Shown: positions 44,704 to 55,899, counted from the stretch's first letter. The stretch is DNA of 64,000 nucleotides from Gammaproteobacteria bacterium (GCA_965222155.1 CBDCTH010000004.1:160001-224000), one strand, 5' to 3'. Numbers and translations are program-made. Notes: generated by a model not told the origin, from the sequence alone.

Positions 44704-46431
44704 CTATACCCTGTTTTTGTCGTATTCGGGACGCAAGCCCGTGCCGTAACGGCGCAGGGCGCCGGCGTCACTGACCGCGTTGGGTCGTTGAAATATCCAG
44801 TTTTGCCAGGCGGTGAGTCGGCCGAAAATCTTGGTCTCCATGGTTTCCGGCCCGGCAAAGCGTAGATTGGCTTCCATCCCCACCAGGGCATCGGGAGAAA
44901 AACTGGCCCGTTCTTCCAGCAGCATTCTGATCTCGTCCTCCCAGTCGATGTCATCGGGTGTAAAGGTCACCAGCCCCAGCTCCGAGGCCCGCGCCGAGTC
45001 AATATTTTGACCGATAAATTTCCTGGTAGTTTCAACACTGTCCGGCTCGCCGAGGAAACGGGTTTGCAGGCGCGTCAAGCCGTTTGCCATCGGCAGGGGG
45101 CCGAAGTTGCTTTCTGTCAGGATGATGGCGGCAGGCGACGTGTCATCGTCCTCAAACTGTCCATCCAGCATATAACTGCGATCCACGGCAAACAGAAACT
45201 CGGCCAGGAAGCCGGCAAAACAACTGCCGGGCTCTATCAAAGCAAAACTGGTGCGGGAAGTCATATCAAGCCGTTTCAGTGTGCGCTTCCAGTAGAGGAT
45301 GATTTCCCGTATCAACCAGTCGTCCTTGTGGCGCTGCAAAAACTCGTCATAGACTTTGACGGACTCGACTGCGCCCGCGCTTGTGATAATGATGGTGCCG
45401 ATGGTCGGTTCGTTTAAGCGCAGGTGCAACAAGGCATCGTCCAGTTGCCGGACCAGGGTCAGGGGCCAGAATTGGTCTCCCCTTTCAACCACATCTGCCG
45501 TAGCGTCGGGCGCTTCGGTCCCAGGCCCTTTGATCAGCAGGGTAACATTGCGGTTTTTCCTGTCTATGGTCAGGTTCAACCAGTCGTATTCGATGCTGTC
45601 CGCCTTGATTGTCCTTGATAACGGTGTCAATTGCACTCCCCTGGCCGTGTCGGGACGATCAGACGTCAGGCTCATTTCCCGGGCCCGTTCAGTCACTCTC
45701 TGTGCAAATCCAGAACTGGGCGCGGTTTCATCCACCAGGCGCCAATCGACTGCGCGTTGGCCTTTAACGCCTTCCTCTACGGTACAGAATACATCTGCCA
45801 GGTCCCGGCGCACCTTGCGTTTATCGACGATCCGCGTGAGTCCACCGGTGCCGGGCAGTACCGCAAGCAGCGGGATTTCCGGCAGCGACACGGCGGCATT
45901 GCCGTCATCGATCAGGATCAGGTAATCCATGGCCAGCGCCAGTTCATAACCGCCGCCGGCAGCGGTCCCGTTCAATGCGCACAGGTAGCGCTGGCCGGAG
46001 AATTCCCCGGCGTCCTCAATGGCGTTGCGGGTCTCATTGGTAAATTTGCAGAAATTCACCTTATGGCCATGGGACGCCCCCGCCAGCATGCGGATATTGG
46101 CGCCGGCGCAGAACATGGTGGGCTTATTGGAACTGACCACCACGGTTTTCACTTCCGGGTGTTCAAAACGCAGCCGCTGAATGGCATCGTAAAGCTCGAT
46201 ATCCACGCCGATATCGTAAGAATTCAGTTTCAGTTCATAACCGGGGAACACTGCGCCGTCTTCGTCCACGTCCATGTCCAGGTTGGCGACAGCACCGGAG
46301 GTCGTCAGCTTCCAGTGGCGGTAGCTATCAGGATGAGTCTGGAAATCCAGCCGCAGCGCGTCCGTTGAAAGCGCTAACGCCGGTCTGTTATCGTCGACTT
46401 GTTCCGGGTTGAGCACGGTTATTGCCGCCAC
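44704..46431 (-). CDS. boxC: 2,3-epoxybenzoyl-CoA dihydrolase
   Basis: KLNSYDIGVDIEL, KVNFCKFTNETRN and AWQNWIFQRPNA motifs. Confidence 0.95.
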   Translation of the reverse strand: MAAITVLNPEQVDDNRPALALSTDALRLDFQTHPDSYRHWKLTTSGAVANLDMDVDEDGAVFPGYELKLNSYDIGVDIELYDAIQRLRFEHPEVKTVVVSSNKPTMFCAGANIRMLAGASHGHKVNFCKFTNETRNAIEDAGEFSGQRYLCALNGTAAGGGYELALAMDYLILIDDGNAAVSLPEIPLLAVLPGTGGLTRIVDKRKVRRDLADVFCTVEEGVKGQRAVDWRLVDETAPSSGFAQRVTERAREMSLTSDRPDTARGVQLTPLSRTIKADSIEYDWLNLTIDRKNRNVTLLIKGPGTEAPDATADVVERGDQFWPLTLVRQLDDALLHLRLNEPTIGTIIITSAGAVESVKVYDEFLQRHKDDWLIREIILYWKRTLKRLDMTSRTSFALIEPGSCFAGFLAEFLFAVDRSYMLDGQFEDDDTSPAAIILTESNFGPLPMANGLTRLQTRFLGEPDSVETTRKFIGQNIDSARASELGLVTFTPDDIDWEDEIRMLLEERASFSPDALVGMEANLRFAGPETMETKIFGRLTAWQNWIFQRPNAVSDAGALRRYGTGLRPEYDKNRV

Positions 46432-48131
46432 CAGTTGTCAGCAAATTCATTGACTTCCCGCGCGTGGAAGCGCGCCACGCGGTTACTGGGCGCCAGGGCC
46501 TCCTTGTAGAAGAATTCGGGTAATTCGTCATCTTCCTCCGTGAAGCCAGCAGCCCGGTTGAATTCTCTCTCCAGCCTTAATGTTTCCCGGCCCAGTTCAT
46601 TGAAAAAGGATGTATGGAGATCAGTGCCGACTGCGGCGTTTATCGCTGCTGTGATCGTATCCAGTTCGGCGCTGGTAACGGTACGGCCAAAAATACAGAA
46701 TCCCAATGAATCTGTGGCTGCGCACAGCACCTGGGCAGCATGGCTGGCCGCGGCAATCTCATCAATGGTTTTGTCAGCGGTTTCCATCTTGGGGACGTTC
46801 CCCGCCGTATGGTCCGCGCCCTGGGCCGTGACCATCATGGTAATTCCTGTCGCCTCGACCACCCGCGGGTCATACGCACTGATGGCCTGCCGTTTGATGA
46901 CCGGCACCCGCTCAACCCGGTAATGCTCACCGACAAAGGCCGTGCCCCGGGCCCACAGACGTCCTTGCTCCGTGCCGTTGCGGATCTGTTCCAGTACACC
47001 GGCGATAAACCCGGCGTCACCGAATTGGCCCACTCCGGCCTCCATCAGCACACCTACCATGGCGCCGGTCTCAATGGTATCTATACCCAGGTCGTTGGCT
47101 ATGGCGTTCAAGCTTGCCAGGTCGTCGGGCTCCTTGATGCCGCAGTTGGTCCCCAGCAGGCCCAGTGTTTCATACTCAATGGGCGATGCAATCTCATTGC
47201 CGTCGGCGTCGGCGTAGACGTTACTGCAGCGGATCAGACAACCGGGCATACAGGCATGGGACGGATCTCCGCCCCGGGCGATATTCTGCTCGCGGATGAA
47301 GTCGCCGCCCATCTTCATGGTTTCCTGGTTGGTATCCACCAGGCGTCCTGCGGAAAAATTACGCACCGGCAGACCACCTACATGATTCATGTAATCCGCC
47401 ATCATGGCCGTGCCGAAACGTTTGTAGCTGTCTATCATCTGGTCTTCATCGAGTTTTTCGGCATAGTAGCGCACCGCGCCGATGACTTTTTTCCGTTCAT
47501 GCAATTGCGGCATCCGGTTCAGGTCGGCGACGATGGCCTTCACTTTTTTACTGCCCATGACAGCCCCGATGCCGCCTCGAGCCGCCAGCCTGGCGGGGCG
47601 CCGATCGGTATCGCTGATGGCGATACCGGCGAGCAGCCCCTGGTATTCACCGACCGGACCGCACAGGGCGAGACTGACCTTCTTCCCGTATTTTTCATGC
47701 AGCAGTGCGGCCGTCTCGAAATTGCCTTTACCCATGAAACCCGCGGCTGAGTCGAAGCTGCAGCTACCGTCTTTTCTGAGATGAATAATCAACCAGTCAT
47801 CTGCTGCGCCGTGCAGGGTGAATCCAGACAGGTGCAGTTGGCCCAGCGCCACACCGAACGTGCCGCCGGCATTGGCTTCCTTGATACCGCCCGTCAACGG
47901 GCTCTTGCAACCGACACTGGTGCGGTTGGCATTGGAGAAGTTGGTGCCGGCAAAGGGACCGGCGGAAAAAATCAACGGGTTGTCCGGTGACAGTGGGTCG
48001 ACACCTGCAATGTTCTCTTGCACCAGGGTTTTGGCGATGAGGTAGCGACCGACGCGTACCAGTTCTTCTCCATCCTGCTCGATGGATTCCACTGTCTTGT
48101 TTTTCAAATCAATATGAAGATAGTTACGCAT
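46419..48131 (-). CDS. Aldehyde:ferredoxin oxidoreductase family (W/Mo-pterin)
   Basis: KSPLTGGIKE.NAGG, RGGIGAVMGSK, CMPGCLIRC, EYET and GADH motifs. Confidence 0.9.
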   Translation of the reverse strand: MRNYLHIDLKNKTVESIEQDGEELVRVGRYLIAKTLVQENIAGVDPLSPDNPLIFSAGPFAGTNFSNANRTSVGCKSPLTGGIKEANAGGTFGVALGQLHLSGFTLHGAADDWLIIHLRKDGSCSFDSAAGFMGKGNFETAALLHEKYGKKVSLALCGPVGEYQGLLAGIAISDTDRRPARLAARGGIGAVMGSKKVKAIVADLNRMPQLHERKKVIGAVRYYAEKLDEDQMIDSYKRFGTAMMADYMNHVGGLPVRNFSAGRLVDTNQETMKMGGDFIREQNIARGGDPSHACMPGCLIRCSNVYADADGNEIASPIEYETLGLLGTNCGIKEPDDLASLNAIANDLGIDTIETGAMVGVLMEAGVGQFGDAGFIAGVLEQIRNGTEQGRLWARGTAFVGEHYRVERVPVIKRQAISAYDPRVVEATGITMMVTAQGADHTAGNVPKMETADKTIDEIAAASHAAQVLCAATDSLGFCIFGRTVTSAELDTITAAINAAVGTDLHTSFFNELGRETLRLEREFNRAAGFTEEDDELPEFFYKEALAPSNRVARFHAREVNEFADNWWRQ

Positions 48132-48170
48132 ATTTAGTCAGCCCTGAAAAAATAATCATTCATTATAGTT

Positions 48171-49685
48171 CTAAATGTTCCGCCAGTCGCAGGACTGTTC
48201 AAAACCGTGGGCAGCCCGATAGATGTTCGGCTCGTCAAAGTGTTTGCCTACCAGCATCATGCCGACAGGCAAGCCGTTGCGCAGGCCACAAGGCAGCGAC
48301 AAGGCAGGGTGGCCGGTGATATCGAACTGGCAGGTATTCAGAACAGTATTAAATGCGAGGAATACAATGTTTTCGATAGCAGGGTCAGAGGCGGATCCCG
48401 GATTCTTTTGCGGCTGCATCAACGTCGTCGGCATCAGTAACAGGTCATATTTCTGCAGGACATCGTTATAGGCCTTGGTCAGTTTCGGTAACTGGTTTTT
48501 TGCTTTTGCGTAGTAGCTGCCCTGGTATTTCTCCAGGTATTTGCCGAGCATCAGGACCAGGTGCAGGTTGACGGGGAACTGGTCGAATTTGTCCTGCCAA
48601 CCGGTCAGGACATTCTGCAGTGCCGGTGAGTTAATAGCGCTGGTGTTCATGGCAAGACCGTTATGACGCATGGTATGCCAAAGCCCGTCAGTGATAATGC
48701 TGCCCCATAAAGGGACGCCATCCAGGTGCATGGGGATGGAGACTTCATCCACTTTGGTGCCCATATCGGCGAATTTACCCGCTGCATCAAGCACGCAACG
48801 GTCAACATCCGCATCCGACAGGGGGTGGCCAAAGCCTTCCTTGACCACAGCGATTTTCATTCCATCAAGATCCTCTCCGAGCGCCCAGGAATATTTGAAC
48901 ATGCGTAATTGGCGTTGCCGGCTGTCCATTCCGTCGTAACCTGCCAGGACTTCAAGCAGCACAGCGTTGTCGGTTACGTTTGCCGTCATCGGGCCCACAT
49001 GGTCCAGCATGGCCTCCATGCCCATGATGCCCGTGTAAGGGACCAGACCATGGGTCGGTTTCAAACCGTAGACGCCGCAGAAACTTGACGGTATACGCAC
49101 TGAACCGGCCTGGTCGCAGCCCAGGGCCATATCCACGTCGCCGTTGGCCACCAGGGCGGCGCTGCCTGATGAAGAACCGCCGGCAGAATAGTCGTGATTA
49201 TGTGGGTTGCTGACAACACCGGAACTGGCTGTGGCGCTGCCGCCGGAGACACAGAGAAATTCACAGACTGCCTTGCCGGTAATTTCTGCGCCGGCATCCA
49301 GCAGCCGGGTAACGACCGTAGCATCGAAATCCGGGATAAACCCTTCCAGTATCGAAGCACCGTTCATCATGGGAATGTCGGCGACAAAGATATTATCCTT
49401 GAGGGCAACCGTCCTGCCTTTGAGCGGCCCCGTATCCCGGCCTTTCAGGTCGGTTCTGACGTACCATGCGCCCAGTGGGTTTTCCTCCGCAGTCGGCGGC
49501 CGATGATTCCTTTGCGGGTAACTGATTTCCGGCAGGTGATCTTCCAGTTGATCCATGCGTTGATAAGCACCGCCAAACATTGCCAGTTGTTCGAGCATGG
49601 TTTCCGCCAGGGTGTCATCTACCGATAATCCCATGGATTCGGCAATGGTTTTCAATTCATCCCTGTCAGGCAGTTTGAATGTCAT
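48171..49685 (-). CDS. Amidase-signature family amidase
   Basis: ALKDN, GGSSSGS and DQAGSVRIPSSFCG motifs. Confidence 0.92.
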   Translation of the reverse strand: MTFKLPDRDELKTIAESMGLSVDDTLAETMLEQLAMFGGAYQRMDQLEDHLPEISYPQRNHRPPTAEENPLGAWYVRTDLKGRDTGPLKGRTVALKDNIFVADIPMMNGASILEGFIPDFDATVVTRLLDAGAEITGKAVCEFLCVSGGSATASSGVVSNPHNHDYSAGGSSSGSAALVANGDVDMALGCDQAGSVRIPSSFCGVYGLKPTHGLVPYTGIMGMEAMLDHVGPMTANVTDNAVLLEVLAGYDGMDSRQRQLRMFKYSWALGEDLDGMKIAVVKEGFGHPLSDADVDRCVLDAAGKFADMGTKVDEVSIPMHLDGVPLWGSIITDGLWHTMRHNGLAMNTSAINSPALQNVLTGWQDKFDQFPVNLHLVLMLGKYLEKYQGSYYAKAKNQLPKLTKAYNDVLQKYDLLLMPTTLMQPQKNPGSASDPAIENIVFLAFNTVLNTCQFDITGHPALSLPCGLRNGLPVGMMLVGKHFDEPNIYRAAHGFEQSCDWRNI

Positions 49686-49747
49686 CGGTCCAGTGCTCCG
49701 TTACCACGGTGAGGGGTTGGAATAAGTAAACCTTAACCACTTCAGTA

Positions 49748-50224
49748 TTACTTATCAAGAGCTTTTGCCGCGCTGTCCATGCCCGAGAATTTCAGTAACA
49801 AACGCAGAAATTCCCGCCGTTCTTTTGTACCGAGGCGAGCCGTCATATCCTGCTCATGGGTAATGATCTTCTCCAGTATCGTTTCCAGGAAAGTCTTACC
49901 GGATGACGACAAGGTCAACGCATAGCTGCGTTTGTCTGAATGGGAAGGATGCCGTTCCACCCAGGATTTGGCCTCCATATCGGTAATAATTTGACCCAGG
50001 GTAGCCCGTTCCACACCAATTGCCCGGGCCAAGGCGGCCTGACTGATAGCGGGATTGTTCCGTATCAGGATGAGAATACCGGCCTGGCCCGGCGTGATTC
50101 CCATTTTTCCGACGGTTTTCCGGAAATGATTAAAAACCAGGAGTTGCGCCTGCCGCACCTGGAAGCCGATTAACCCGTTAAGAGTGGAGAAATCAACGCT
50201 GTATTCAGTTGTGTTTTTACGCAT
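49748..50224 (-). CDS. MarR-family regulator
   Basis: ISQAALARAIGVERAT..DKRS..LT. Confidence 0.9.
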   Translation of the reverse strand: MRKNTTEYSVDFSTLNGLIGFQVRQAQLLVFNHFRKTVGKMGITPGQAGILILIRNNPAISQAALARAIGVERATLGQIITDMEAKSWVERHPSHSDKRSYALTLSSSGKTFLETILEKIITHEQDMTARLGTKERREFLRLLLKFSGMDSAAKALDK

Positions 50225-50243
50225 AGCTTTTATTATACTAGAA

Positions 50244-50260
50244 TGTAAGGTATCCTTACA
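50244..50260. promoter_or_regulatory. Probable MarR operator in the divergent promoter region
   Basis: TGTAAGG-TAT-CCTTACA in the 82-bp gap between marR and hcrC. Confidence 0.6.
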
Positions 50261-50306
50261 ATATTAATTGTCAATCACACAGTGTGAATCTGTTTGAGGA
50301 TGAATC

Positions 50307-50843
50307 ATGAACCGCGTCACAACGCTTAAACGGGATACACAGGATAACGCCCACATCAGTTGTCAGGTCAACGGCGAGTGGCTACAGGTCTCGGTAGCGC
50401 CTTATAAAACGTTGCTGGAGATGCTGCGGGAAGACCTGCAACTGACCGGCACCAAGCACGGTTGCGAACTGGGTGAATGCGGCGCCTGCGCAGTGCTGGT
50501 TGACGGCGAACCCATCCTTTCCTGCCTGTCACTGGCGCTGGATGCGGAAGGTTGCGCCATCGACACTATAGAAGGCATGACCGAGGACGCGCAATTGCAT
50601 CCGTTACAATCGGCTTTTGCTGACCTCGGCGGGGCGCAATGCGGTTATTGCACCCCAGCCATCCTGCTCACTTCCAAAGCCCTGCTGGACCGGCATCCCA
50701 ATCCCGATCGGGAACAGATCCGGGAAGCCCTGTCCGGCAACCTGTGCCGTTGCACCGGCTACCAACAGATCTTCGAAGCTGTGGAAGAGGCGATCCTGCG
50801 CGTCAACCAGTCACGGAGACAAATTACGGATAACGTCGGCTGA
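50307..50843 (+). CDS. hcrC: 4-hydroxybenzoyl-CoA reductase gamma-like [2Fe-2S] subunit
   Basis: GTKHGCELGECGAC, QCGYCTP and CRCTGY motifs; C-A-B gene order. Confidence 0.75.
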   Translation: MNRVTTLKRDTQDNAHISCQVNGEWLQVSVAPYKTLLEMLREDLQLTGTKHGCELGECGACAVLVDGEPILSCLSLALDAEGCAIDTIEGMTEDAQLHPLQSAFADLGGAQCGYCTPAILLTSKALLDRHPNPDREQIREALSGNLCRCTGYQQIFEAVEEAILRVNQSRRQITDNVG

Positions 50844-53326
50844 TGGGTGAAAAAGACACATTCTCGATTATTGGCAAGCCGCGCAGGCGGGTAGACGGCG
50901 TCGACAAGGTGACCGGGCGCACCCGGTTTGCCGACGACATTATCCTGCCGCGTATGCTGCACTGTAAGCTGCTGCGCTCCCACGCCCCCCATGCCCTGAT
51001 CAGGTCAGTTGACGTCAGCAGGGCAGAACGGTATCCCGGGGTGAAGCTGGTATTGACCGGCAAGGATTTCCCCAATGAGTACGGCATCCTGCCGGTAAGC
51101 CAGGATGAACAACCGTTATGCAGGGAAAAGGTTCGTTTTGTGGGTGATCCCGTCGCCGCGGTCGTTGCCCGGGATGAGTTTGCCGCAGAACAGGCACTGC
51201 ACCTGATCAGGGTCGAATATGAGCCGCTGGGAACAATCTCTGACTCAGTCAGCGCCCTGAATAATCCCGCGGCCCGGCTGCATGACTACAGCGAAGAGGG
51301 GAACATCCATAAACGCCTCAGCTACGAATTTGGCAATGTCGAGGAAAGCCTGGCAAACAGCGCCCACGTGTTTGAAGATATCTTCTTCTTCGAAGGCAAT
51401 ACTCACCTGCCCCTGGAACAACATGCCGCAGTCGGCATGGCGGAAGCCGAGGGCCGGGTTACCCTGTGGTCGAGTACGCAATGTCCCCACTACGTACAGC
51501 GCGCGGTCGCCAAGGCCCTGGACCTGCCCATGGCGCATATCCGCGTCATCGCCACGCCCAACGGCGGTGGTTTCGGCGGCAAGACCGATCCGTTCAACCA
51601 TGAAATAGTCGTGGTGAAAGCCGCCATGATGTTGGGCCGCCCGGTCAAGATTTGCCTGAACCGCGAAGAAGTCTTTTATTGTCATCGCGGTCGCCATCCG
51701 GTACTGATGAAATTCAGGACCGGTGTCGACGAGAACGGCGCGTTAACCGGCATGCACTTACAAACCCTGCTGGACGGTGGCGCCTACGGTTCCTATGGCG
51801 TTGCCAGCACCTTCTATACAGCCGTGTTGCAACCCGTCACCTACCACCTGCCGCGCTATGCCTTTGACGCTTGCCGCATGTTCACCAACAAACCCCCCTG
51901 CGGTCCGAAACGGGGTCATGGAACGGTCCAGCCGCGTTTCGGCCAGGAAGTGCAGTTGGACAAGATAGCGGAAAAATTGAAAATCGATCCCGCCGAGTTT
52001 CGTCTCAATATCGTTGAGAAACCCGGCGCGCTGACAGCTAACTACCTGAAGATCGGCAGTATCGGTCTGGCGGAATGTATCCGCAGGGTGGTCGAGCGTT
52101 CCGGCTGGCAGGATAAATACGGGAAGTTGCCGGAAGGGAAGGGTGTGGGGCTGGCGTGCTCCAGTTACCTGACTGGCGCCGGCAACTCCATCTATTGGAA
52201 CGCCATGCCCCACTCCGGCGTGCAACTGAAACTGGACCGCAGCGGCAGGGTCACCGTGTTTTGCGGGGCCACGGAGGTCGGCCAGGGTTCCGACGACATG
52301 CTGGTCGCCACAATCGCGGAGATCCTGGGCATAGATCCTCTGGATATCCGTTGTGTCACCGGCGACACGGATTTAACCCCGGTGGACCTGGGCTCCTATT
52401 CCTCCCGCGTGACCCTGATGATGGGCAACGCCGCCATCCAGGCAGCGGAACGGGCTCGGGAGTTGATCGCACAGGCAGTGGCGCGGAAATTTGCTGCGGA
52501 TGTTGCATCCATCGTGTTTACCGAGGGTCGGGTCTGCAACAGCGGCCAGCCCGAACAAGTATTGTCATTTCAGCAGGCGGTGGTATGCGCGGAGGAGATT
52601 TACGGTTCCCTGGGAACCACGGGTTCCTATACACCGCCGCCGCCGCCGGGAAAATATAAAGGTGGGGGTGTCGGGCCGTCACCGGCTTATTCCTATACCG
52701 CAGCGGTGGTGGAAGTGGAAGTGGATGCGGCCAGCGGCTGGCTCAGCGTCTCCAAAGTCTGGATCGCCCATGACCTCGGACGCACCATGAACCCCGTGCT
52801 CGCCCGCGGCCAGGTGGAAGGCAGCGTCTACATGGGATTGGGCGAAGCCTTGATGGAGGAGTCTGCCTTTCGCAGGTTGCCTGCGCGCTTATCCGCGGCG
52901 CTGGTCCATCGCCAGCCGTCCATGCTGGAATACAAAAGTCCCACGTCCATGGATATGCCGGAAGTGATCACGGACTTGATTGAGCATCCTGACGACAATG
53001 GCCCGTTCGGCGCCAAGGAAGCGGGGCAGGGACCCCTGCTGCCGGTTATACCGGCGCTGGCCAATGCGGTATATGACGCCGTAGGGGTGCGTATTGATGA
53101 AGTGCCCATCACCGCCGAAAAGATACAGCGAGCCCTGGACGACAAAGCCCGGGGGGGCGCCGGCCGGGTAGGGCCGGACCGGTTCCCGGACATTGAGTGG
53201 CCGGAACCGTACCGGGTCCCACCGCCCTGGGAGGGAGGAGACGGCAACGCCGTCAATAAACCGCAGCGCAAGCGCGCCGCCAAGATGCACAGGATGGATG
53301 AATTCAAACAGGTTACCGCATCATGA
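50843..53326 (+). CDS. hcrA: 4-hydroxybenzoyl-CoA reductase alpha-like molybdopterin subunit
   Basis: Xanthine-oxidase family; GGGFGGK, RGHG, GSYSSRVTLM.GNA and GAKEAG motifs. Confidence 0.75.
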   Translation: MGEKDTFSIIGKPRRRVDGVDKVTGRTRFADDIILPRMLHCKLLRSHAPHALIRSVDVSRAERYPGVKLVLTGKDFPNEYGILPVSQDEQPLCREKVRFVGDPVAAVVARDEFAAEQALHLIRVEYEPLGTISDSVSALNNPAARLHDYSEEGNIHKRLSYEFGNVEESLANSAHVFEDIFFFEGNTHLPLEQHAAVGMAEAEGRVTLWSSTQCPHYVQRAVAKALDLPMAHIRVIATPNGGGFGGKTDPFNHEIVVVKAAMMLGRPVKICLNREEVFYCHRGRHPVLMKFRTGVDENGALTGMHLQTLLDGGAYGSYGVASTFYTAVLQPVTYHLPRYAFDACRMFTNKPPCGPKRGHGTVQPRFGQEVQLDKIAEKLKIDPAEFRLNIVEKPGALTANYLKIGSIGLAECIRRVVERSGWQDKYGKLPEGKGVGLACSSYLTGAGNSIYWNAMPHSGVQLKLDRSGRVTVFCGATEVGQGSDDMLVATIAEILGIDPLDIRCVTGDTDLTPVDLGSYSSRVTLMMGNAAIQAAERARELIAQAVARKFAADVASIVFTEGRVCNSGQPEQVLSFQQAVVCAEEIYGSLGTTGSYTPPPPPGKYKGGGVGPSPAYSYTAAVVEVEVDAASGWLSVSKVWIAHDLGRTMNPVLARGQVEGSVYMGLGEALMEESAFRRLPARLSAALVHRQPSMLEYKSPTSMDMPEVITDLIEHPDDNGPFGAKEAGQGPLLPVIPALANAVYDAVGVRIDEVPITAEKIQRALDDKARGGAGRVGPDRFPDIEWPEPYRVPPPWEGGDGNAVNKPQRKRAAKMHRMDEFKQVTAS

Positions 53327-54345
53327 TGCGCCTGCCCCGATTCCATTACTACCGGCCCCGGGATATCCATGAAGCGGCCCAGGTCCTGGCCGGTGAGGAT
53401 AACGCCATGATCATAGCCGGCGGCACTGATTTGTTGCCCAATATGAAGCGTCGCCAGCAAACGCCGGGCACCCTGGTGACTTTGCGGCATCTGGACACGC
53501 TGAAGCGTGTTATAAACGGGGCCGGCCTCAGCATCGGCGCCGGCGTGACCCTGACTGCCCTGGTGCGGGACCGGGGAGTCAAATCGGCTTACCGGGGATT
53601 ATGGCAGGCCGCCGCCCAGGTGGCGACACCGCACCTGCGCAATATGGGCACATTGGGCGGCAACATCTGTCTGGATACCCGTTGCAATTACTATGACCAG
53701 AACCATGAATGGCGCAAGGCGATTGACTTCTGCATGAAGAAAGATGGTGACATCTGCTGGGTCTCGACCGGCAGTAAAACCTGTCTGGCAACCTCGTCGA
53801 CGGACACCGCTCCGGCGCTTATTTCATTGCGCGCAGAAGTGGAACTCGTATCGGCGAATGGAACGCGCACGGTTCCCTTGCAAGACTTGTACCGGGACGA
53901 CGGTATTCACTATTTAACGCGCAGGGAAGACGAGATACTGACGAATATCGTATTGCCGCATGCAAGCGGCACAAGAAGCGTCTATTGGAAATTGCGGCGC
54001 CGCGGATCTTTTGATTTCCCGGTTCTGTCGGTGGCCGCTACGCTTGAATTTGATGCTCACGACATCATCACCGATGCACAAATCGTATTGGGCGCGGTAG
54101 CGTCGCAGCCCGTTGTCTGTGCGCTGGTCAATGATTTTCTACGGGGCAGGAGATTGTCGGACGAGGTGATTGAAGAGGCTGCGGCAGCCTGTATCAAGGC
54201 GGCTAAACCGGTAAAAAACACGGACTTTGCCACCCACTGGCGCAAACGCGCCATCGGCTATATTGCGGGCTGCGCGCTACGGGAACTGCGTGGTGATGAT
54301 ATGCGGGCGGCCAGGCAAAAGATCGCTCACCAATCCCTTTCATGA
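53323..54345 (+). CDS. hcrB: 4-hydroxybenzoyl-CoA reductase beta-like FAD subunit
   Basis: AGGTDLLPNMK; insert DTRCNYYDQ..WR...FCMK....C......C typical of the [4Fe-4S]-bearing HcrB. Confidence 0.8.
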   Translation: MMRLPRFHYYRPRDIHEAAQVLAGEDNAMIIAGGTDLLPNMKRRQQTPGTLVTLRHLDTLKRVINGAGLSIGAGVTLTALVRDRGVKSAYRGLWQAAAQVATPHLRNMGTLGGNICLDTRCNYYDQNHEWRKAIDFCMKKDGDICWVSTGSKTCLATSSTDTAPALISLRAEVELVSANGTRTVPLQDLYRDDGIHYLTRREDEILTNIVLPHASGTRSVYWKLRRRGSFDFPVLSVAATLEFDAHDIITDAQIVLGAVASQPVVCALVNDFLRGRRLSDEVIEEAAAACIKAAKPVKNTDFATHWRKRAIGYIAGCALRELRGDDMRAARQKIAHQSLS

Positions 54346-54503
54346 ACTGTATTGACGCCTTGAGTCCTCCCACCTGAGCCGCCAATGAAGAGTTGCGATT
54401 AACTAAGGTGCAGTATACCTTTGCAGGCTTGTTTCAACTTAACAGGGATTGAGACAACGGCGCATCGCCACAAAAAATTAACTATACGCCAGGAGTCATT
54501 AGC

Positions 54504-55811
54504 TTGCCCGTTCAGCGCTTCAGTTCTTTTTTGACGTCGTTGATGGCAACCGCCGGTCTCGCCATCGGTATCGGCAATGTGTGGCGTTTCCCCTATATGA
54601 TGGGAAGCCATGGCGGCAGCGCTTTCCTGGTCTTGTTTATCGCCTGTGTGGTGTTCCTGTCTTTACCGGCACTGATGGCGGAGTGGGCGCTGGCCAGACA
54701 AACGCGGCAGGGCACCATCGGCTCTTTTATGGCAACGTTCGGTCCCGTATATGGGCGCTTGGCCGGTTATGGATTGTTGGCTTGTATTACAATCGCAGGG
54801 GGATATTACCTCGTTGTTATCGGTAATGTTTTCTACAGCGGTTATTATTCGATATTGCACGGATTTTCCGCGCAAACGACACCTGCCTTCAAGGCGGGGC
54901 TGGGCGACCACTACCTGCAATTGTTCCTGGCGCTGCTTATCCTGTCAGCTTCCGCCGTCATCATCCATCGTGGCGTCAGAAGAGGTATCGAATACGTCAG
55001 CAACCTGTTTGTCCCGTTCTTCTTCCTGGTCAGCTTTTATCTCGTATACAAGGTATTAAACCTGCCGGGGGCCACTGCACATTTGTCCGTATTCCTGCAG
55101 GTGGATTTCAGCAAGATAGGATTCACCGAGGTCTTTGCCGCCATGGGCCAGGCCTATTTCTCAATCGGACTGGGCGGGACTCTTACCTTGATTTACGGCA
55201 GTTACCTCAAGGATGACATCAAACTGCCGAAGCTGGCCGTGATGACCTGCATCAGTGATACCGGCGCGGCCTTATTGGCCGCATTTTATCTTATTCCGGC
55301 CTTACTCGTATTCGGTATGGACTTGACGGCCGGACCGACACTGTTGTTTGAAACCCTGCCCGGCTTGTTCAGTATCCTTCCCGGTGGCCGATTATTCGGT
55401 AGTTTGATGCTGCTCTCGCTCTTTTTAGTGACCTTGCTTTCCTACGTTGCCGTGATCGAAGCGGTAGTCGGCGGCCTGCTGGGTGATGCTGATATTATCC
55501 GTTTCAGCAAAACGCGCTTGCTGCTTGTTTTAGTTGTGATTCAAGCCCTGTTGGCAGTCTTCTTTACGTTTCGTCCTGAACTGATCGGGATTGCAGATTT
55601 ACTCTTCGGTTCTGCCGGAATGATGATTGGCGGCTGTCTTGCCTTACTTGCGCTTGCCTGGGGGATCGGTAGAGCGGATACAATCAGGCAGGTTTTTGGC
55701 ACAAAGTACAAACTGCTGTGGTCCGTTTACTTTTTCTGGATCAAATGGGCGGCCCCGGCGATCCTGATCATTGTCCTGAGCGGAACTTTATATGAAGCAA
55801 TTACGGGTTAG
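54504..55811 (+). CDS. Sodium-dependent transporter (NSS/SNF family)
   Basis: AIGIGNVWRFPY, GQAYFS and GPTLLF motifs. Confidence 0.92.
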   Translation: MPVQRFSSFLTSLMATAGLAIGIGNVWRFPYMMGSHGGSAFLVLFIACVVFLSLPALMAEWALARQTRQGTIGSFMATFGPVYGRLAGYGLLACITIAGGYYLVVIGNVFYSGYYSILHGFSAQTTPAFKAGLGDHYLQLFLALLILSASAVIIHRGVRRGIEYVSNLFVPFFFLVSFYLVYKVLNLPGATAHLSVFLQVDFSKIGFTEVFAAMGQAYFSIGLGGTLTLIYGSYLKDDIKLPKLAVMTCISDTGAALLAAFYLIPALLVFGMDLTAGPTLLFETLPGLFSILPGGRLFGSLMLLSLFLVTLLSYVAVIEAVVGGLLGDADIIRFSKTRLLLVLVVIQALLAVFFTFRPELIGIADLLFGSAGMMIGGCLALLALAWGIGRADTIRQVFGTKYKLLWSVYFFWIKWAAPAILIIVLSGTLYEAITG

Positions 55812-55899
55812 AATTTTTCCTGTTCCCCTGTTTACGAGAGACAGAGGCAGGCTTCGCAGTTATGATAAAATCTATGACTCGACCAAGAGGGGATAAAAA